In this document: piece after piece, positions 36,634 to 50,664 of the stretch
Layout: each line of letters opens with the position of its first letter
How positions within the stretch are numbered: position 1 is the first letter of the stretch
Origin: Vezdaea acicularis
Lineage: Eukaryota
Direction of reading: 5' to 3'
NCBI GenBank assembly: GCA_026025075.1
Contig: JAPEUI010000084.1
Coordinates: forward strand, 1 to 64,000
Length of the DNA stretch: 64,000 nucleotides
Made by a program: the position numbers and the translations under genes
The notes under the pieces: model-generated
What the model saw: the letters and a program-made list of their open reading frames with translations, nothing else
Databases searched by the model: none
Told to the model about the DNA's origin: nothing

Positions 36634-38419
36634 ATGCCTTCCGGATCTTTGTACCCACCAATAGACATACCTGAAGTGGATATATGGGCTTTTCTTTTTG
36701 AAAACAAGTCGAGACCTTATCCGGACAATAAATGTGAGCATCTTCCTACTGCGGGCATTTTCAGTGGTTTCCACGTTTTGACAGGCTCTTGTTTTTAGTG
36801 ATCTGTTTGGACCCTGACACCAAGCGCTCCTACACGTATGAAGATGTCCGAAATATGGCGATTGATTTTGGCAAAGGCCTCAAGTCACTTTGGGACTGGC
36901 ATAAAAATGACGTCCTAGCCTTGTTTACGTCTAACTGTATCGATACTCCCGCAATAATCTGGGGTTGCCATTGGGCTGGTGGGATAGTATCGCCCGCGAA
37001 CCCAGGCTATACTGTGGAAGAGCTAGCATTTCAGCTCAAGGATGCTGGTGCGAAAGCTGTTGTCACACAGTTGCCGCAACTAGAGGTCGTGCAGGCAGCT
37101 GCTAGAAGTGTTGGGATCCCAGAAGATCGCATCATTTTGATGGGAGACGAGACGGACAAAACAAGGGCATTCAAGCATTTCCGCTCTATCAGGAACACCT
37201 CCGAGACCTCAAAATACCGACGATCGAAGATTGACCCCAAGAAAGATCTAGCGTTCCTAGTATATTCTTCCGGGACTACAGGACATCCGAAAGGAGTCAT
37301 GTTGAGTCATTACAACATTGTTGCCAACGTTTTGATGCTTGAAGCTGGAGAAGAGGGTCATTTGACTTGGAGCGGTGGTTCTAATGGAGATGGCGACCGA
37401 GTACTAGCAATGCTACCTTTCTTTCACATCTATGGTGAGGGCTCCTCATTACGCTAACAAGCCAAGACGCGCACCACTAACGGATTGAAGGACTTACCTG
37501 CCTGTTACACCAAAGCGCCCATGCTGGGCTTACTCTCGTTGTGATGCCAAAATTTGATATTCGGAGGTTCTGCGAGGTGATCCAGAAAAACAGGGTAACT
37601 TTTGCGTACATCGTACCACCAGTTGTATTACTTCTAGGAAAAGATCCCGTTGTCGATGAATACGACCTCAGCTCCTTGAGGATGTTAAACTCTGGGGCTG
37701 CGCCTCTAACGCGAGAACTCGTGGAAGCTGTCTATAGGAGACTAGCAATTCCCATAAAACAAGGGTATGGTCTGAGTGAGACGAGTCCAGTTACTCATAC
37801 TCAACCTTGGGAGCTTTGGAACACGACCGTCGGTTCTGTGGGTCGTATGCTTCCAAATCAAACTGCGAAGTACATGTCTCCTGAAGAAAAAGAAGTTCCG
37901 GTAGGTCAAACGGGTGAGCTATGGATAAAGGGTCCCAACATATTTCAGGGGTACCTCAATAACCCCGAAGGGACGAAGAACGCCTTGACACCTGACGGCT
38001 ACTTCAAAACTGGCGATGTCGGACATCAAGATAAAGACGGAAATTTCTATATAACTGATCGTGTCAAAGAATTGATCAAGTACAAGGGCTTTCAAGTCCC
38101 GCCAGCAGAACTAGAGGGAATCCTTATATCAAACTCAAAGGTCAGGGATGTTGCCGTAATCGGAGTGTATAGTAGGGAGCTTGCGAGCGAGGTTCCGAGG
38201 GCTTATATCGTACTAGTACAAGGAGTGGAGGGATGCACCAAGGTTGGGGCGGAGATTTCAGAGTGGCTCAAAGGGCGCGTCGCAAACCATAAGAGATTAA
38301 GGGGCGGCGTACGCTTTGTGAATGAGATTCCAAAGAGCGCTTCCGGCAAGATCCTTAGACGATTCTTGAAGGATGCTGCGCAGAAGGAGCAGGATGTTGG
38401 TGAAAGGTCAAGACTTTGA
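36634..38419 (+). CDS. 4-coumarate/phenylacetate-CoA ligase-like adenylate-forming enzyme, peroxisomal
   Basis: YSSGTTGHPKGV, LPFFHIYG, QGYGLSETSP, GELWIKGP, FKTGD, DRVKELIKYKGFQVPPAELE and PKSASGKILRR motifs; ends in SRL (PTS1); two introns. Confidence 0.93.
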
Positions 38420-39252
38420 AGTGATCAAGCAAATGGTATTGGGAAACGCACTATGATCGCTTATTTATCTGCTATCAGCGAGACGTAGGGACTCACGTTT
38501 GCATTTGCATCTCCCCTGGGATTAAATGTTCTCGCTCCTTAAAGCACATACATGAGATTCAGATATTCATTCACTAGGCCAGGTGTGCTGAGGAACTATC
38601 CACTGTGCTCAACACACTTCCCCCTCTGTCGGGGCTCTGCGTCTACGTGGGTGGAAAATATTCTGGGTTCGGCGCGTTGGCAGACCGACTCGAAATCCAG
38701 ATTGATTTTCAGGTCTGACCGATTTTTCCGCTGATCCAATTGGTTAAAGCTGGAGGTTAAAAAGGGCGCATTAGGCAGAGAACCTTGGGAATGCTAGATA
38801 TCACATAGGTCAGCTAACTTTTTCCAAACACCAAATTCATCAAAGCTGGATAGGATCGCGTAAAGCGAGCCTGCAATGACATCATATGGAATTGAAGGTA
38901 GCTAGCATATATGACACCTTCCCTTGCCATAGTTGCTTTCAATTGTTTGGCCTTTGGCATGGGAGAGTATTAGAGGAAAGCTGATGTATCGTCCTGGCCA
39001 CCTTCCGTCTAACAGCTATGCTCCAGTTTTCTACCGTATCTCACTCCCATAGCTCCCGGAGCAAAGCGCGTTCACACGCGTTCGCCAATTTAAGCTCGGG
39101 CGATCCCTGCAGATCACCACATTTTCTCCTCCGAAGTGCCATGCAGATTATTTATCATTTCCTAGATTCCACAACACTCCGCTATGATAGTGTGCCTACC
39201 AATGCAGCATCTCTGGTGGTCCAGCTAGATAACGAATTCCTTACGCTGAATC

Positions 39253-42200
39253 ATGCCCCGCATTCGCCTCCTTGTCCAGGTCGTGCCTATTCATGTCCAG
39301 CAGCTCCGTGAAGCTTCAAAATGTGGATGGGATCCGACCTTTACATTTGCCTGCCATGACCCCACAGTCACCACTATACAACAAATCTGTGGGCCAATTA
39401 GGGACCGCTATTTGAAGGTTCATCCAGAACGAAGGTGAGAAGGTCAACTCGAAATTCACGGCCCTTCAAACGCTAATCTTAGCATTGGCCCAAAAGACAT
39501 GAGCCCTTACTTATCAAAAAGCTTCAAGACCGCTTCTTCAGTGATATCGACCTCTCCGATACCGTTAGCGACATCTTTGATGATGGGGACGTCCTCTACG
39601 TTATCCAAGGCCGTTCAATACGAGATATGTCTGTTCAGCCAGAATCATCCCTCAGGCCATACATATCTGGTGGCGTTGCGCCCATGCCTCCACCCAGTCG
39701 GAAACGTACACAACCAGGCTATAGCCCTCTTGTTCATGCATGGGACATAGAAGAGGTCGATAGAGGAGGTCCTAGCCAAAGCCAGGCAAGAGCGATCAAG
39801 CGGCAGCGAGTCATGAGTGGGAATAATTTTTCTCTTGCTGAGGGGGATCCTGATGAGCCTTTACCAACAACAGAATCTGTATATGATGATTGGCATATGG
39901 AGTCAACAGCACAACATCAAAATGGCGTTGATAACCATGATATTCTAGTGAAATCATCTCAGGGCGAGCTTGTAGCTAAGGCTCCATTGGGCAAGTCCTG
40001 CTATTGTGGAAATCTATGCCAAGTCAGAGACTAACTTCACTCAGAGTACGAAGCATCCGTAGGATCAGATGATCTGCCTAACCACCTTCCTTCAGTTTAC
40101 AGTAAACCCTCGATAAAATACCAGAATGGAGGAAAGCAAAGCAGAGGGGGAAGTCCGCAGCACATGGAAAACCCCCGTAGTTCGGTATCACACCAGTCTC
40201 GGCTCCAACAGCAGCGTTCAGCATCAATAGTAAATAGAAGCTCAACGTCAGGCAGCTCAGGCTGGGATAGAACTTCGTCATTGAATTCTCAGGCAAAGGT
40301 TGCTGATTCAAATGGATACCATGAGTCTGTCTCGCCATTTCAATCGCCTGGACAGAAGCGTGTAGCGCAGGATGAAGCTCTCGCTCAAGCTGCACCAAAT
40401 TTCAATCCCAAATCTCCAAGTTGTACTCCAGCTGCCAACGACGCAACCTCAATTGCTGCACGGCACCCGCGCCTTGATGATCATCGTATTGGTGAGGGAG
40501 AACTTGAGTTGAAAAGTTGTCATCCACAGGCTCTCGAGAACGACGGCGCAAAATCCCTTGCAAGAAATGAATCTCTAGAGAGCGTTCTCAGCACTCCCAT
40601 AAGAGAAAGTCAGTGTGTGACATCTACAAATCAGCAGGCCTCACCTTTCGAGGCCGACGGAGGTAGTAGGAGCGCGGAATGCTTGAGGAAAGAAGAGACA
40701 CGAGTGCAGAAGGCATCGAGGCTGCCCCAGGGGCAGACAGGACGCGATTCTCAGCCCACAAATGCGCGTCAAGCAAAATCTCAAGCCAAGAAACGAGCCC
40801 TCGTGGAAAATTTAGCGGAAGATGCGGAGCAAGCGTCCATGGCTTATGCAGAAGAGCAGGCCAGACTAAAACTTGATAGACAGAAGGCTAAAGAGAACAC
40901 TAGGCTGGCGACCGGTGGAAGTTTGAAACAAAAAGCTAAAGCGGGGAAGGCAATCAAAAAAGAAAAGGTTGTTGAGCCGGCTGCGGGCCCCGAAATAGAG
41001 AAGAAAAAGAAGCCTGAAGAGAAAGTTAGGGAAACGACACCCAAAACTCAAAGCAAAGGGAAAGATCGGAAAGCAGCAGGGCGGAAGCGAGAACGAAAAC
41101 GGAAGGAAGCAAAAGAGCGTAGAAGTGCGACTAAAACACACGGTGACAGGGCAGCAAGCTCAACGAGGTCATTGGACGAATCTTCTCAAAACGAATCTGT
41201 CCAAAGGGTCAGCCCTCTACCAAAAGGTCGAGACCCAGAGTTGGAAAGGAGGAAGGATTCATCAACATCGCTTTTCCCCAGCAGCAAATCATCTGTGAAA
41301 CCATCGAAGCTAGTTGAATCATCAGATACGACATCGAAAACACCAGCGCCAACTGATACAAAGCTGGGCACACAGATGCCCCTGCCTCAAAAGGTTCCCC
41401 GTTCCGTATCTTTAATTGATGAGCAGCAAGCAAAGACTGATGAGTTGACCCATAAGCCTTTAGGCCCCGCCTCTTCAACTAGTGTTGATAAACTGGGCGT
41501 AGATTCAAGAAGCGAGGGTGGAGACAGTAACACAAAACGCAATTCTCCTGCAACAAATTTGGATAAGACTTCACCGCAGTTGACTAGGAAGACCCCAGTA
41601 ATCCCACCTTGGATGACTCCCGAGGAGTACCAAGCGGGTCTATCAGGATCCCCCTTTTCGAGAGACTCCCCGAATCTCAAACAGAAGGAGACTAAACTTA
41701 AAACCCCTGGACGCGTTCAAGAGCGAGCCAAAGAAGGACAAAAGCTGCGAGAGGTGCCCACGCCTACCGAAGCAATGGCCACCGTCTCGAAGGGCGATAC
41801 GGAGCCTTCCGTATCAACGATATCGTCATCTGCCCAGCAACCCAAGGAAAAGACACGAGCTAAAAAGAGTAGCTCTTTCACCTCGGTTTCGGAAACTGCC
41901 TCACGTCAGCCATCATCACTTTCTATCAACGGTAAATATAAAGTACATTCATCCCCGCCATCCCAGTTTCTATCGCGTTTCACAAGCGGAGAGGTCGAAG
42001 CATCAGTCCCAAGCCAAACCCGATCACCTAGCCCCAGTTCAAGCAGTATCAGCAGTAGTAGCGAAGAAGAGGAAAAGCCCGAAGAGAATACTAGCGAATC
42101 AGGCAGCGAGTACCAAAACTCCCCGACCAAAACTCCTGAAAAGTTTGAAAAGCGCTCCAGGCTTCGCCCACGCAAACTCAGCGATCCAGCTTCTTCACAG

Positions 42201-42308
42201 CTAGTTGGCGAAGACAGACAAGCTTCAATGAAGGAAGGGGCGGAACCGAAGGTGAATTGGCTGCTCTCAAGCTTTAAATATGGCTTTAGGCCCAGCGCTC
42301 ACAAATGA
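39253..42308 (+). CDS. Dnt1/Net1-like nucleolar protein (conserved N-terminal domain plus long low-complexity tail)
   Basis: The spliced N-terminus MPRIRLLVQVVP...IRDRYLKVHPE...LLIKKLQD...DIDLSDTVSDIF...SVQPESSLRP resembles the Cdc14-binding Net1/Dnt1 N-terminal domain. The rest is K/E/S-rich. Introns at ~39434-39497 and 39991-40044 (GC-AG). Confidence 0.6.
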
Positions 42309-43407
42309 TCAGGTAAGGGACAACGGTTCGAAGCACCGGAGGGCAAAGCAAAAGTTTTCGGCTTTCGTGGCGGATATGAAACTCAGGAATAATAGTCAAG
42401 GCGTAGATGGGTGGAATTTCTGATTCCTCAAGTCGCTCCTTGCCTCTCATTCGTTTCCTCTGCTTTGCAATCCTTCGAAGGTATTTTCGTTCGACTGAGT
42501 AAATCTGAATACCTTCAGATTCTTTACGTGGGTGGCTTGCTTGTTTTACTAAAGGCCAAACTTATGCTGAATGACAGCATAGCATAGTCATTGCGTTGTG
42601 ACAGGCGCATAGATCAAGGTATAATACTTCGCTAGCATACCCCTCTCAGATACTTTGCTTTTACAGGTCTCCCCAACATCGCTTTCACCTCACCAAATAA
42701 AGAGCGAAGGCTTTCATTCAACATATCTGTTCGTATCATAGTCCACAATCAAGTCTCTAGACCACCTCTGGACTTCCCAGAAACAGTGAAAGGTGCATCT
42801 TCTACTTTGTTGCACTACCCCTTTCGACTCTTGCGTCCAGATGCGTTGTAGTTGAGCTGCCTTCCAAAGCTTTTGATAATGTCAGCCAGTTCATCCAAGC
42901 GGGGCCTGATTAGGCGCAACATTGATGACGCAAGATCACAGCATAGCACAGTACAGGAGAGTACAGCCCACCCAACCAGGGATCAGAGAAAAGTTGCAGA
43001 TATGAACTATGATTAAATCCGACCGACCAGTCGGCAGAGCTACAAAGCTATCGTACAGATACCTAGTGTGGGACAGAGAGTTAACAGAGATGAAATAATC
43101 TGCTCTCGCCTGCCCATCTTACCCCAAGGAAACAGCAAGTCAAGGAAACTCCATTTCCCATTCCATTGAGGAGTGTGACGCCAGTAGCAGTACGTGGTAG
43201 TACAGGAGGTATCATCCCTTTGAAAGACCAAATGCGCGGGCACCAAAGCAGGCAGAATGCTCACAGGCTTACTCCATTTCACTCCGTTCCAGCCGTCCGT
43301 TCCGTCCGTCCCAAATCAAGGAAAAAGCAAGGAAACACCGGGAACACCGCAGACGGCCATGACAGTCACCACCCTAGCCCTAGGGCTCACGTGTGTACAA
43401 CCGTTAC

Positions 43408-45262
43408 TTAACTCCCAACGAACAGCACGATCTCGCCCTTCTCGTTCTTCTTGAGCCTTATACTCTTCCAGAGCTCCTTCTCCTCTTCGCCCTTCCCCAG
43501 TCCGAGTCCCATGCCGCCGCGCTCGCGATGATATCGCTTCAATACTTTATTCATGCTGCACCCTTTCTCGCTATCGGGACCCTTGTTGACGAAGCTCATG
43601 AAGAGCTCGGTGCGCGTTTGATAGAGGACAAGCTGATTCGTTGGAGTAGCGCCGGAGACGCCATGGTCGGTCTCCTCAATCGTTGAGGGCGGGTGGTACT
43701 CGATTGCCTTCATCTTCGTTGGGCGCTCGGATGAGACGGTGGAGCCCCGATGGGACCGGTGGCGGTGGCGGCGATGGTGCTTCTTTCTAGGCCGACTTTC
43801 ACCATCCGGATTCGAGGATGAGGAAGATTTGCGAGTATCAGTCTTTCCGTTTGACTGGAGCGACGAAAGGCGATCTTTGCCTTGTGTAGTGCTGCTGCGT
43901 TTCGATCGCTTGAGGGGAGAGCTAGGAGAGGGGTTGTCGCCACCGGAAAAGTCGGGGGAGGGTGGGAGCTCGGGGCGGGAGAGGAGGCGGTTCAATCCAC
44001 CCGTTAAGCCGGAGTGCAGGACCGGGGGCGCATCAATCATGACTTCGTCCTCGAGAGCGCGAGGACGAGAGGCGGTTAAATCGAGATCTTCGACTGGATG
44101 GCGCTTGCGCTTCTTGTCCTTTGAGCGGTCGGCCTTGTCCTTATGCTTTGCCAGGCGCAAGTCTCTGTCTCGGTCGATGCTGCGCTTGGGGGCCGGGGTA
44201 ATAGCCTGCTGGGGTTCGCTGATGTCGTTCAACACAGGAACAGGGCCGTCGCCGTAGCTGTAGCCGTACTTCTCGTAAACACTGTCATGGTCAGTATCGT
44301 GCGTGCGGACAAGCGCAGTGACGCTGTTATTGATGCTGCTCATTCCATTCTGCTGCATCTCTTGAAGTTGACGACTAGTTTCGAAGAGCGTCGGAGCGTC
44401 GGATTTCATACGCATTGGCTCAGCTGGTGCTAGGGATGTCCGTGACGCGTTCGGCGTCTCTTCAGTGACCAAAAAGTCGAACACGTTTATCGCAGTCTGT
44501 GACTTGCGTGGTGGTGGTGGAGATGGAGCAGGTGGAGGTGCGTCCACAATTGCGACACTATTATAATTGTCGTGATCGGCAAGGTCTTCCACGGATGCTT
44601 TGAGGCTAGGAAGATCTGTTGCTATTGAGGCTCGTCTTGAGCGATGAATCCGTGCGCTGACGTCGTTGGTGCCGTTCGACGACTTCCTTTCGCCCTGGTA
44701 GGGCGGGCCCTGATACTTTCTGGCTTCGCTAATGCAACTCTGAGAGGCCAGTCAAGATAGTGAGCAAATAAGATTGGTGCGACAAGGAGCGAATAGGAAC
44801 TAGACGAGGCACAAGCAACAAATGAGACGGTGTCGCGATGCGGCTGGTGTTGAATGTTGATTGCAGAGCGTAGAATGGATGCGATGGACAAGGAAATGAG
44901 GGGTTGGTTGATAAGGAATAAGAGCCCTGCTCGGACCGGCGGCAATCATGTGAATTGCGTAGGGTTGAGGCCGGGCTAAAGTACAGGAAGAGGAACATAC
45001 CGTATGACTCTTGTACTCGCTCCCTCGAAAGTGCTTCATGCAGTCCTGACACGAATATGACGCGCTGGGACATTGATACTTGTGCGCATCGACATCAGGT
45101 TTCTTAAGAGCATCGCCGCATGCCTATCGAGGGACGCGCCGGTCGAGTCAGCCGTGTCGCTGGCGAGAAAGGGAAGTTGGTAGAATGAGAAGCAGTGCGG
45201 CCAAAGGGACCGCCTCAGAACTGAAGGGGGCTGCAACTCACCTCGCACTGGAACGAAATCAT
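43408..45262 (-). CDS. LYAR-type C2HC zinc-finger nucleolar protein
   Basis: Spliced N-terminus MISFQCE|ACGDALKKPDVDAHKYQCPSASYSCQDCMKHFRGSEYKSHT|SCISEARKYQG joins in frame to the 394-aa ORF. Confidence 0.88.
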
Positions 45263-46096
45263 CTTAGCAGCAGCAAGCCTGGTGGGAGGAACGGGTTAGG
45301 TTGATGATTCAACAATACTGCAGGAAAGGGCATTTGCGTAAAGACGAAGAATGATGGAGCTGGAAAGGACGGCGTGATGGTAGTTGTAGTAGGTGAGCGA
45401 GGTGGAGGGTTGGGTATGTGAGAGAACGAAAGGGCGGCCTCGAGGCATTCAATGTTTCACCAGCGGGCCACCAGTGAGTGCCTGAGCGACCACCATCGTG
45501 CCCCCCATGAATCGCTTGTTACTATTTGTGCGTGTAGATGTTGCATAAGGGACAGACCGATGATCATTGGCTGCTCACGCGACGCATTACGCGCATAAAA
45601 AACACCGCACGCGATGAAAAGGAGAAGAGCAGCCCCTCACACTAGTGCGCGCATCACAAGAGCTGCAGAATGAGTGCAATAATGGCGGCAGTTGGGCTAA
45701 CAGTATACGAAGACGTCAATAGAAGCGTTGTGGTCAAACTGTGGTATATCTTGCGATTCAACAAACATAATCCTTCCATGCCTCGTACCCCTACAGAATG
45801 TTCCATCCGTCCATACACTTTCTGTGACAGCATCTTCGATCCCACCACCAGACGTATTGCCAAGACAGGCTGAGAATTACATCACTAGACCTTTCTACGA
45901 CCAAGGACCCGTTCGATAAGATAGGGAATGCTAGGTCCAGGCTTGTCTCAGATAGGATGCTATACAACTCGTCAACAGGACGGATCCATCCGACATCCAA
46001 GCCCCTCCCCCACCGTCCTCTGACCCCACCATCTCGAAGGGTCATATTTGAGAAGTCCTCTGGCGCGTATGAATTGTGTGGGCCGTGGATTGTTCC

Positions 46097-46984
46097 TTAT
46101 CCGCCTTTGGTCAATCTGAAGGAAGAACGGAGTCAGCACGGTGCATTTTCTGGTGGGAGAGTCTGTGAAGGAGGGATCAAGAGATGTCCCACTCACCCTT
46201 CCTTCTCTAGCTTTAGCGGTTTACTATGGTCATCTTCAACCCCACCAACGGTTTTGGGCGTTTTGTGCGTATGACTGAGCTCTCCATCGCTGTGCTCCTC
46301 CTCGTTGTCCCTAGCGCATCCGCAATCATAAAAGTCGCCAATCTTCGAGCAATCGAATAGCTTCTTTCTGAGCGATTTGTTCACTTCGTTGTGGACATGG
46401 CAAGCCCATGCGGCTGCTGAGGACCTTGAGTCAACTTGAGGGGGCCATTTCGCAAGAAGTTGACGGAAGTGACCGGCACACTCGCCGCTGTAGACCGCAC
46501 GGGTCGTAAGCGCAATTCTAGAAACGTACAACCGAAGGCACATGATATAAAGATATGAAGCCCTCTGTAAAGGAACCCACCATGGATAGAGTCTTGCGAA
46601 AAGATGTATGTAGGAGCTCAATGCCGTACTCTCATCTGCCGTCGGTCTGTCCGGGAAAGTGGCCATTGTAGTATGGAAAAGTTTCCATGCTGCTCGTCCC
46701 AATTCTGCTCTAAATTATCGTTAAACCTGTCAAGAAATGATAGGTTGAACATTATAGGGGGGATAGTATTCGTACTTGAGCGTCTCGTTGCCTAGCTTTG
46801 GAGCTATAACATTGCCATAGAGTGTGTCAGCCGAGGCATCCACAGGATGGATGGCGACATTGCCGTAGTCCACCGCGTCCGAAGGCCCTGAATTGCGAAA
46901 AGAAAGGATGAGAGTTATTCCCAAGAATGCGGATACACCGAGGATGAGTAAAACCATGCTGCGACGGGCCGGGCCCGTCCGCAT
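46097..46984 (-). CDS. ERV2: FAD-linked sulfhydryl oxidase
   Basis: N-terminal TM, LGRAAWKLFHT, YP|CGECAGHF (CxxC), CHVHNEVN and the C-terminal CGC motif. A short last exon LTKGG-stop follows a GCTGAC...TTCAG acceptor. Confidence 0.92.
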
Positions 46985-47425
46985 ATTGAGAAAGAACGTG
47001 GTTGCCAAAGTGTCAGGTCATGCTCCAGGTATAGAGGATTTATCTCGAGGATCTATTCCCCTATGCCCATGAAGCGCAAGTTAAAAATACAGAGGTGAAG
47101 GAATAAAGGGAAAGGGTCGCGACCGGTCATTTGTGTTTCATTGGGAGGCAGTTAGTTCCCAAGTATACGTGCTATTGCGTACATGTTATCACTCCTGTTT
47201 TGGTGAGTTGGCATCGTTATCACTACATCGAAAGGGGGTATGTTTTCCACAACCAACGAAGATTATTCAAAAGGAAGAAGATCTTGCCATCCGCAAACAA
47301 GCAGGGAGTGGAACCACAGTCAATCCAGCCATATCCAGGTTCGAGTCCTCTGCAAAATCACGATAACATTTGTATTGCTCTTTGATTCTATCACCTCAGC
47401 GTTCTTCGAGCCATGTCAATCATGT

Positions 47426-48795
47426 CTATGGAAGTTTGTCAATAGTAATCGGCTTTTCAGTTAAAACCCCAAGATCGGTCTCCGAGCGCTTGAACCCTTT
47501 CGCTTCTTCGACCAACTCGCACCAACCGAAGGTATCCTTAATCTTTCCAGATTGAATACCCTTCAAAGTTGTCAATAGCCTGATACAGCATGGTCCTGCC
47601 TCATCACTACCATCCCTGAACAGGAATACGTCATCTTTCGATCGCATCGCTATAGATTTGATAGGTACGAGTGCTGCAGCGGTTCCAACAGCAACTACTT
47701 CGTTGAATGTGGAAAGTTCTTCGTATTTGATCTACCAAGTTAGCAACATCCACACTTGGCAGGGGCTTAATACTTACTTGCCGTGTTTCAACAGCCCATC
47801 CAAAAGACTTCGCTAGTTCCTGACAACTATCGGAAGTGACGCTCTTTATGACGCTTTTGCTGTCAGGAATTGCCATAGTTATCTTGCCACTCACTTCCTT
47901 AATCCCTATGAATCCTGACGTAGAAAATTCATCAATCATAGACCTCGTTTTACTATCCAGGTGTAACGTGATTCCAAAACCGTCCTCCCGAGCTTTGTCG
48001 CTCCATCGCAGCACAGGCGCATAATTGCCTCCAATCTTTGCACTACCTGTTCCCTCCGGAGCTGCCCGATCGAACTCTTCTAGAATCAGAGCGTTCACTG
48101 GGTGAACACCGTGATATACACCAACTGGCATAACATAGACGCAGAAGGTGTATTCATCAGGAGGGTTAAGCCCTAGTTGTGCCGAGGAGCCAAACAATAG
48201 AGGTCGAACGTAGAGGGCTGCACCCGTACTATGTGGTGGGACATATTCCGCATTAAGGGCGACGGCAGAATGAACGCAAGTGACAAAGTGGGACTCCGGT
48301 ACAGATGGGATCGAAATAAAAGACGCTGAGTTGACCATGCGACTAGCGTTTTGAGAGGGGCGAAAGATTTGAATATTACCATCTTGAGTTCGGAAAGCTT
48401 TGAGACCTTCATAAGCTTGTTGTCCTGTCTCATCGAATGAGTGAACTTCTTGTACTAGCTTTTAAGATCATGTACCGTAATTTAATCCAGGTGCGAGGCC
48501 ATGGATCCGGAGGAATGGGTCAATAACGAACTCAGGTTCACTCCACTTTCCACTTCTCACACTATAGTGAGACTCAATGTGGCCATTAACTTCGCTTGTT
48601 ACTCTGTGTCCAAGACATTGAAGTAGTACGATATTTTACCTTCCCTTACTTTAAAGCCGATGTTGTTCCAGTCTGAAAGACTTCAATAAAATATTCTTCC
48701 AGTGTCAAGAGCCGATATCGGCCTTGGATGCTCTCACCTATAGTATCCACTGGAGGCGGCGGAAATGCGTTAATAGCTTGAGGTGATGGCATCAT
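47426..48795 (-). CDS. Branched-chain amino acid aminotransferase (PLP class IV)
   Basis: GLNYGQQAYEGLKAFR, LYVRPLLFG, catalytic AKIGGNYAP, IDEFSTSGF and AVGTAAAL motifs; multiple introns. Confidence 0.92.
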
Positions 48796-49377
48796 ATAAT
48801 GCAGCTATGTGACAACTGGATAAAAGGTGTGGAATATGTTCTGGCACGGTTTGTGTGATGATGGAAGTCTACTAAGCGTTGTAGGATGCGGTAAGACGCT
48901 GTCGTACAAGCCGGAAACCGACGGCGCTAATTGCTCGTTGTATAGTATATTGTTGCGTATTTATCTAGAGAATACGACGCTCCGGGCATCTATCACGCTT
49001 ACAATGCAAGCTACCCTCTCCAAATTCATAAATATTGAGATAATTTGCGAAGGTTAGGCCTCCATACCAACTAATCATTCGCCGCCGCAGAGGTTAAGCT
49101 AGTTGACGTTGCTTCACACACCGATGTCACCGGAGCTCTCAGGATTGGCCCGTTCGAAAGGACTTTTGGGGGCTGAGGACGGATTTTGTATCCATCTTCT
49201 TAGTGTCACTTTTTCTTATGCAACCATTGGTGGTGCTCTTTTGAGCACCTTCGCCCCAAGGCAGATAGACTACCATACTGTTTATGAGAATCAACCCTAA
49301 CAAAATGTTGATAGATGCCTATGCAATGATACAAGATTCTTCATTGATCTATACTGAAACGCCATAAGATGCAACGC

Positions 49378-50303
49378 TTAGCTGCAACTGTTATGCCCGC
49401 CAAGCGCTCGCACGATGCCATAACTTGCTCCAGCTGCTATGCCTCCAATGGTAAGAGTTTGCAGGGCGCCAAAGAAGGCCGTCCGATGAGAAGCGATAAC
49501 TACACGAGTCTTAATGTAACCGAATGCAAGCAGGACAAGAGCAGTGAGGCCAATTGAGACAAAGAATGCGTTTGTGACTCGCGCGATCGCGAAATAGGGG
49601 ATCATAGGTATGATACCACCTAGAGAATGTGAGTATAAGATCGAGCAGAGGGAGGAAAGTAGATACTTACCAGCAAAGTAAGCGAAACCCATCGTTGCCC
49701 CAGAGACATAGGCCCGCAGTCGACTTTGCTTATCAAGCTTGAGCACGAGGTCCATGGCAAATTGGACCCACATGTCGGTATTACAGCAGAGGGATTCCAC
49801 TAGTGGTGTTGTTGCGTCCCGTGTCACACCATATGTAGCCATCATTTCATAGAGAGCTTCTGCCTCTTGCTTAGGCTCTACACAAACTGCTCGTCTTTGC
49901 CGCTTCTCCTCGCTTTTATAATGCTCGTCCTCTGTGCAGGCCGCGAGGTATGCACCTAAGCCCATGGAGATAGCACCACTTATGAGCTCTGCCAATCCCG
50001 CAAGGATGACTAGCTTAGAGGAACCTAGGCTAGGATCGTCAATAAATGTTTTCGGTGTCTTTCGTAGGCTACTCACGATGATAAACCTGCTGTGAGGGCA
50101 AAAGGTACCGTCAACCCGTCAGCAAAGCCGATTATCACATCTCGAATGACGGGTCCCCGCTCAAATGACCCTTTCTTCCGTGTTGGTCTCTCCAAGCCCA
50201 TCTCTGCATCATTTAGAGATTTCCATTTTCCCACAGGCTCTTCCAAGTTGCTCGTTCCGATGGTCTCCAAGGTACCGACTTTAGCTAGCTCTGACTCCAT
50301 CAT
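49378..50303 (-). CDS. CCC1: Vacuolar iron/manganese transporter, VIT1/CCC1 family
   Basis: IRDVIIGFADGLTVPFALTAGLSS, LAELISGAISMGLGAYL and GGIIPMIPYF motifs; two introns. Confidence 0.92.
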
Positions 50304-50510
50304 AGGTCCAACCGGAACAGGAGCTCTGAAAAACTAGCCAACATATAGCAAGTCTCAGAGAGAAGTGCACTGTACTTTGTATTCTTTCTAGAGTTGCTCC
50401 AATGGTGGCCAGTGCACGCAATATATCGCAATAGTAGCTCCATGATCCTCGGCAGCATCCTCTGAATCCTTTTCCTGGGGCAGCATCCGTCCGCGCTGCC
50501 CAGCCAAGAG

Positions 50511-50664
50511 CCAATCAATGCGCCTTTATTTCAAAAGGACGTGCACTGTGAGATTTTCAAGACCGGCAAGGAACGACGAGACCGTTGCCCATAAGAAAGT
50601 AAACATGGGTAATCGTGCGGACCTCGTTCGCCAAACAAGAAGAACCAATCAAATGTAGCGCATT
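50511..50664. promoter_or_regulatory. Two bipartite CBC:HapX-type sites (CSAAT-N12-RWT)
   Basis: CCAAT-caatgcgccttt-ATT at 50511-50530 and CCAAT-caaatgtagcgc-ATT at 50645-50664, both upstream of CCC1. Confidence 0.6.

Noticed and set aside
36634..38419. 4CL-like ligase as a partner of the type III PKS in a plant-like chalcone/flavonoid pathway
   Set aside because: It lies ~25 kb from the PKS beyond several housekeeping genes and carries a peroxisomal SRL signal. The PKS is ORAS-like (fatty-acyl starter type).
44740..45001. Long LYAR intron as a possible snoRNA host
   Set aside because: No clear paired C/D or H/ACA boxes seen by eye.
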